Shown here piece by piece: positions 60,144 through 64,000 of a stretch of 64,000 nucleotides of DNA. The notes beneath the pieces are model-generated. The model did not search any database, was not told where the DNA came from, and saw nothing but the letters and a program-made list of their open reading frames with translations. Positions within the stretch are counted from its first letter, which is position 1, and each line of letters opens with the position of its first letter. The translations under genes and the position numbers were made by a program. The stretch is taken from the IMG/VR virus record IMGVR_UViG_3300050821_016647, positions 63,530 through 127,529 of that record. One strand, written 5' to 3'. This DNA comes from a virus.

Positions 60144-60634
60144 CGTTTTACCTTTCGCATTTCGGCCCAGTTGCCGACCAGCTCGCCGAACGTCGTGCGC
60201 AGCGTCGGCTTGCCGGCGGCGCGGTCCTGCTCGTCTCGCTTGCGCTTGTCCATGAGCGCCTGGTGGGCTGCGCGCTCGTCGACTTCTGTGCGGTGCTTCG
60301 CGCCGTCGATGATGGCCTGTTGGAGAATCGCGTCTTCCTCGGGTTGGGAGAGCTTGGCTCCGTAGCCGAGCTTCGCGAGTCGCGCCTCGCGCAAGGTACC
60401 CAAGCGATTGGCCATCCACACGATGTCGTCGGGAGTGGGGTCGAAGCTCATGACTGCCTCGCGGCTTTTTTCGATTGCGTCGGCTAGTGCCCGTAGACGT
60501 ACGACTGCGTCTTGTGCCGACATCCAGTGGCCGGTGAAGACCGGGCCGAAAGTTTCCGGCCCTTCCGCGTGACCGTCGAATAGAGCGACCACGTCGTCCT
60601 GAGCCAAGATGGTTACTGTCCCTTTGAGTCTCAT
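60140..60634 (-). CDS. hypothetical protein
   Basis: coupled ORF. Confidence 0.6.
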   Translation of the reverse strand: MRLKGTVTILAQDDVVALFDGHAEGPETFGPVFTGHWMSAQDAVVRLRALADAIEKSREAVMSFDPTPDDIVWMANRLGTLREARLAKLGYGAKLSQPEEDAILQQAIIDGAKHRTEVDERAAHQALMDKRKRDEQDRAAGKPTLRTTFGELVGNWAEMRKVKR

Positions 60635-60921
60635 GTTCCCGTCTCCGGTTTTATTTCGACGACTATTATGCGGTAGCCTGCATCGATCTTGGTCGTGGAG
60701 TCTCCAGGCTTCAAACCGAGTCCGGTAAAGTATTCATCGAATGCCGCGTCGTCGGCGAAATCGAAGTACCGGTCGAATACCCAGTATCGGGCACACTCAA
60801 AACACCAGTGCAGCGTGTTCACCTTCTTGAGGTGGTCATGTGCGCCGTTGCACTCCCAGCACGAGCGCATAGCAGGTTCCCCCTCTTCTGGCAGGAGGAC
60901 TCCGTTGCCTTGAAAAATCAC
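60631..60921 (-). CDS. Zn-finger hypothetical protein
   Basis: RSCWECNGAHDHLK...CFEC. Confidence 0.65.
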   Translation of the reverse strand: MIFQGNGVLLPEEGEPAMRSCWECNGAHDHLKKVNTLHWCFECARYWVFDRYFDFADDAAFDEYFTGLGLKPGDSTTKIDAGYRIIVVEIKPETGT

Positions 60922-61370
60922 GTTCCCATCCCCAGCATCGGCGGCATCTTGCCGGTCCGGTAGGTTTCTTCGATGGCCGGGTGAATGATCTCTCCTACCG
61001 TCCGGCCGTCCGGCATGATGGTGTACGCGACAAACTCATCTTCGAAGAGCGAGACACCGCTTTGGACGGCCTCGAGTTTGGCTTTGATGATGAGTGCGAG
61101 CGCTCGCCATTTGGCGCGGCAGCCTTGTTCCCAGGCGGGCTGGACCAGCTCGACCCGGCGAGCGCGTCCCTCGGGTGTCTTCGTGTAGTCGGAGACGGGA
61201 GGAATCGGGATGACGAACTTGATGCGCCGTTTTCGACATTCGAATTGGATGACGGCGCGCTCGGCGTCCCACCCGGAAGCGAAGCTCGTCGCGCCGTAAC
61301 GCATCAGCAAGCGCTCGATTTCCATTTTGGACTTCTCGACCGGGACTGATGTATTTTCGGCGTACTTCAC
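60918..61370 (-). CDS. conserved phage protein
   Basis: YA..TSVPVEKS..EIE..L.RYGA...WRAL.LIIKAKLEAV.SG...FEDEF. Confidence 0.75.
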   Translation of the reverse strand: MKYAENTSVPVEKSKMEIERLLMRYGATSFASGWDAERAVIQFECRKRRIKFVIPIPPVSDYTKTPEGRARRVELVQPAWEQGCRAKWRALALIIKAKLEAVQSGVSLFEDEFVAYTIMPDGRTVGEIIHPAIEETYRTGKMPPMLGMGT

Positions 61371-61732
61371 TTGGCCCTCTTCTTTTCGGCGTCGGTGAGA
61401 CCTCGCAGCGTGTCCAGAACGAGACAGGCGAACTTCGCTTCGCGCTCGGTCAGGCCGACCTCGACGCCGCCCGGCGTCACCTTGGAGGCGACGATGTTGC
61501 CGACGATGAAGCTGTCGATTCCGTTCGGCAGGTTCGGCTTCAGACCGAGTCGGGGGTTGGCGCCGTTCTCGTTGATGTAGAAATGAATCCCCTCCGATTG
61601 CATGGCGGGATGACGATAGAGCTCCAAGTCGCCAGCGACCTCGCCTTGGAGCGCTTTCAAGGTGTCCGGAATCATCTTGACGACGGCGTGCGTGCTCGGC
61701 GCGGCGACTACGATGCGAATCTGAGATTTCAT
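61367..61732 (-). CDS. DUF3846-like protein
   Basis: LKALQ..V.G.LE...INENG...L.PN...IVG. Confidence 0.65.
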   Translation of the reverse strand: MKSQIRIVVAAPSTHAVVKMIPDTLKALQGEVAGDLELYRHPAMQSEGIHFYINENGANPRLGLKPNLPNGIDSFIVGNIVASKVTPGGVEVGLTEREAKFACLVLDTLRGLTDAEKKRAK

Positions 61733-62028
61733 TTCGACCTTTCTTTGCGCAGCTCGGCGCGAGCGACCTTTCCGTCTTCGGTGAGCGCGTTCCAGCCCTC
61801 TTGGAGCAGTCGGAACGCATGGGCGATGTCCGGATCGTGAATCGTGCGACAGTGAGGACACGATGCCGACAGGATGAGCCTGTCGATAGCCTCGCGACCC
61901 AGGGAGATGCGGCACGCGCGGACCTCGGCGTCGGTCGGCGTGTCGATCTTCGCGAGCGCAGCGTGGACGACGCGGCGTGCGCGAATGCGGCTGAGGAGGA
62001 AGGGTCCTAGAAGACGGCCGGCGCTCAT
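61729..62028 (-). CDS. hypothetical protein
   Basis: CPHC...H motif. Confidence 0.5.
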   Translation of the reverse strand: MSAGRLLGPFLLSRIRARRVVHAALAKIDTPTDAEVRACRISLGREAIDRLILSASCPHCRTIHDPDIAHAFRLLQEGWNALTEDGKVARAELRKERSK

Positions 62029-62273
62029 AGTCCCGTCTTCCTGAGCGCCGCCGAGGCGAGCCCGTTGATTTGCCGGAGGGTAAATTGCGCGCCGGCTTTA
62101 CTGAGCTTGCTTGTTGGCGGCCTTGTAGCCGTTACGATGGTCCGCAGCACTTTGACGCACTCGGCGAGCTGAGCTTTCTCGTCGGCGTTCACCCCTTGAA
62201 CCGACGACAAGATTTCGACGATGCCCTTCGCGTGGAGGAGCGCCGTGTTGATTCGCTGGTGAACCAGTCGCAT
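62025..62273 (-). CDS. hypothetical protein
   Basis: start MRLVHQR at 62273. Confidence 0.5.
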   Translation of the reverse strand: MRLVHQRINTALLHAKGIVEILSSVQGVNADEKAQLAECVKVLRTIVTATRPPTSKLSKAGAQFTLRQINGLASAALRKTGL

Positions 62274-62533
62274 CAGACCGCCTTGCCCATCTTGGAGATG
62301 ATTTCTCGGGTTTTCTTGCAAGGTCCCAAATTGCCAAGTCGAGCTTCGAGAGCGCTGATCTCCCGAATGGTCTCGGCATTCTCCTCATCATCGGAGCCGG
62401 GGTCCATGACGTAGCCGCTATTTCGGTACTGTTCGTCCGAAAGTTGCCAGTACCGGTGCGAGTCGAGTGCTTCGAGTACTAAATGCAGCTCGGCGGCGGT
62501 CAGGGAGATTTGGTGCTTTTTGGGTGTTTTCAC
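62273..62533 (-). CDS. hypothetical protein
   Basis: GTG start; LEALDSHRYWQLSDEQYRNSGYV. Confidence 0.6.
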   Translation of the reverse strand: MKTPKKHQISLTAAELHLVLEALDSHRYWQLSDEQYRNSGYVMDPGSDDEENAETIREISALEARLGNLGPCKKTREIISKMGKAV

Positions 62534-63501
62534 GCTTTCCCTCCTCGAATCGCCACAAGTTGTGGCTTGGAACCTGATACGACCGCACTTGCGGTGTCTT
62601 TGAGCCACATGCGGGCAGCGTCCGCCCATTCGCCGTGGGGCGACAGGTCGATATAGCTCTGCCAGTGACCGCGCGCGGCGCTTACGTTGCCTGTTTCGTC
62701 CAGCGCGACGGCGAGATTGTAGTGAATGTCCGCTAAGAGCTGTTTATCCAGCGTTGCGCCGGACTGCGTAAGCCCGAAAATGTACAGCGCTTGCTCGTAA
62801 TGCCGTACGGCCTTCGTCGGAGTGCCGTTTTCGGCGTAGACGCAGGCGATATTGTAGTAAGGCTCCACCTGTTTGCCGTCGATCCGGAGCGCGGTCTGGT
62901 AGCATTCGATGGCCTCGAACGAGTCGCGACGACGGTGCCGGAGGTTTCCGAGGTTGATCCACGCTTCGGAAAAGCGCGGGTCCAGGCGGAGAGCCTTGCG
63001 ATAGAGCTTTTCGGCGTCCGCATACGTCTTCGGGTCTACGTCCAGCTCTGACGCGCGGTTGAATGCTTCGGTCGCGCCCACGTGATCGAATTGCCCGTGG
63101 ACGACGTTACCGTCCGGTGGTGGTAGCTTTGCTTGTCTCGCGACGTGCTGACAGTTACCGCAGTCGGCCGTCGTGCCCGCGGGTTGCTGACAGAACTTGC
63201 AAAGAGGATGACCGGGTGACGGGCGTGGTTGGTCTATCTCGGCGTCGATGTAGACCGGGATGGATAGGTGACATTCGTTGCAGAGGACCGGTCCGGTCCA
63301 GCCGTGCGAGCCCTCTTCCCAGACGTCGACCTCATCGGCGCTGATGTCGGTGTCGAGCGGCATGCAATCGGAGCAGAGAAAGCCAGCGGTACCAGCACGA
63401 CGTGAGCCGTCCGGTAGTGCGATGAAGATGCCCTTGAACCGCGCGCGACGCTGGCGGTCCGTGAGCGGTTTGGTCTCGCCGGGGAAGAGACGCTTTTTCA
63501 T
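62530..63501 (-). CDS. TPR-repeat protein with N-terminal Cys motifs
   Basis: AEKLYRKALRLDP...AWINLGNL; YYNIAC; HYNLAVAL...ARGHWQSYIDLSP. Confidence 0.8.
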   Translation of the reverse strand: MKKRLFPGETKPLTDRQRRARFKGIFIALPDGSRRAGTAGFLCSDCMPLDTDISADEVDVWEEGSHGWTGPVLCNECHLSIPVYIDAEIDQPRPSPGHPLCKFCQQPAGTTADCGNCQHVARQAKLPPPDGNVVHGQFDHVGATEAFNRASELDVDPKTYADAEKLYRKALRLDPRFSEAWINLGNLRHRRRDSFEAIECYQTALRIDGKQVEPYYNIACVYAENGTPTKAVRHYEQALYIFGLTQSGATLDKQLLADIHYNLAVALDETGNVSAARGHWQSYIDLSPHGEWADAARMWLKDTASAVVSGSKPQLVAIRGGKA

Positions 63502-63782
63502 GACCGTACGGCAGACGCCGCCTCCACCACGAACACGTGCCAGACGAAGGGACCCATTTGCACCGTACCGACGAAGCGCACACCGTCCGCGGCGACGTGC
63601 TCAGCCGGATTGCCTGTGCCGACGACGTAGAACTTGACCGGTACCTTTCTTTCGGTTTCGTCGACGCCAGCCCAGACGAACAATTGACCGTTCTGCGCGC
63701 CGACCGAAAGTGCGTGATGGTTGCTCGGCATGAGCACGTCTTGTTCGTCCGTGATGTCGAGCGGGTACTTGTAGATTTTCAC
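63498..63782 (-). CDS. conserved phage protein (DUF7352-like)
   Basis: IYKYPL...LSVG.Q....VWA.VD...VVGTG.P...FVGTVQ...FVWHVF. Confidence 0.75.
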   Translation of the reverse strand: MKIYKYPLDITDEQDVLMPSNHHALSVGAQNGQLFVWAGVDETERKVPVKFYVVGTGNPAEHVAADGVRFVGTVQMGPFVWHVFVVEAASAVRS

Positions 63783-64000
63783 AGCGCACCGGCCTTTCTC
63801 GGTGTTCGTCTGTTACCGTCCCCTTCGAATTGGGCCAAGTTTTGGAGGAACCGGAAGTCCGTGATGGGGCGGTGGTCGTCATCCACGATCTGAATCGGCT
63901 TCGAACGTCCTTGCCCCGCGTCTCGGCCGATGTCGGGGATTGGCGACTTTCCGATGATCTCGCGGATCGTGTTCAACAGGTGAGCGTCGCCGCGGGTCAT
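63779..64000 (-). CDS. hypothetical protein (start may lie outside the window)
   Basis: GTGA-coupled to the next gene. Confidence 0.45.
   Translation of the reverse strand: MTRGDAHLLNTIREIIGKSPIPDIGRDAGQGRSKPIQIVDDDHRPITDFRFLQNLAQFEGDGNRRTPRKAGAL

Noticed and set aside
1-64000. IS elements, rRNA, reverse transcriptase/DGR, stop-codon recoding
   Set aside because: No transposase, RT or rRNA motifs seen; conserved genes read through intact in the standard code and use all three stop codons.

Overview
The whole 64 kb window reads as one virus (phage or prophage) genome segment, roughly 60-65% GC by eye, with no host housekeeping genes. Genes are small, tightly packed and often coupled by ATGA/GTGA overlaps; most are on the minus strand. 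Recognisable modules: (i) replication/recombination at 5.5-15.7 kb (SF2 helicase, DUF669-like SSB, Sak4-like AAA_24 ATPase, PD-(D/E)XK exonuclease, DNA methyltransferase, P4/D5-type primase-helicase followed by origin-like repeats); (ii) accessory and probable counter-defence genes (HD hydrolase, dCMP deaminase, MazG-like pyrophosphatase, 2OG-Fe(II) oxygenase-like protein, two nucleotidyltransferases, RNA ligase, two tRNA-Arg-like genes, a DUF2604/BilA-like ubiquitin-fold protein, a thaumatin-like lipoprotein); (iii) a 6 kb operon (33.5-39.4 kb) of small membrane proteins, 11-12 of which share a basic-NP motif followed by one TM helix; (iv) an S53 protease, holin-like proteins, a GH25 lysozyme and two lytic transglycosylase-like proteins; (v) a 43-49 kb array of small genes whose starts are preceded by a repeated TGCGCGCGA motif, with a tyrosine recombinase inside it. 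I could not find a terminase, portal, HK97 capsid or tail gene. A myxobacterial (Polyangiaceae-like) host is an inference from protein style only. All family assignments come from motif recognition by eye with no database search; many start codons were adjusted from the ORF track using RBS and gene-overlap logic.
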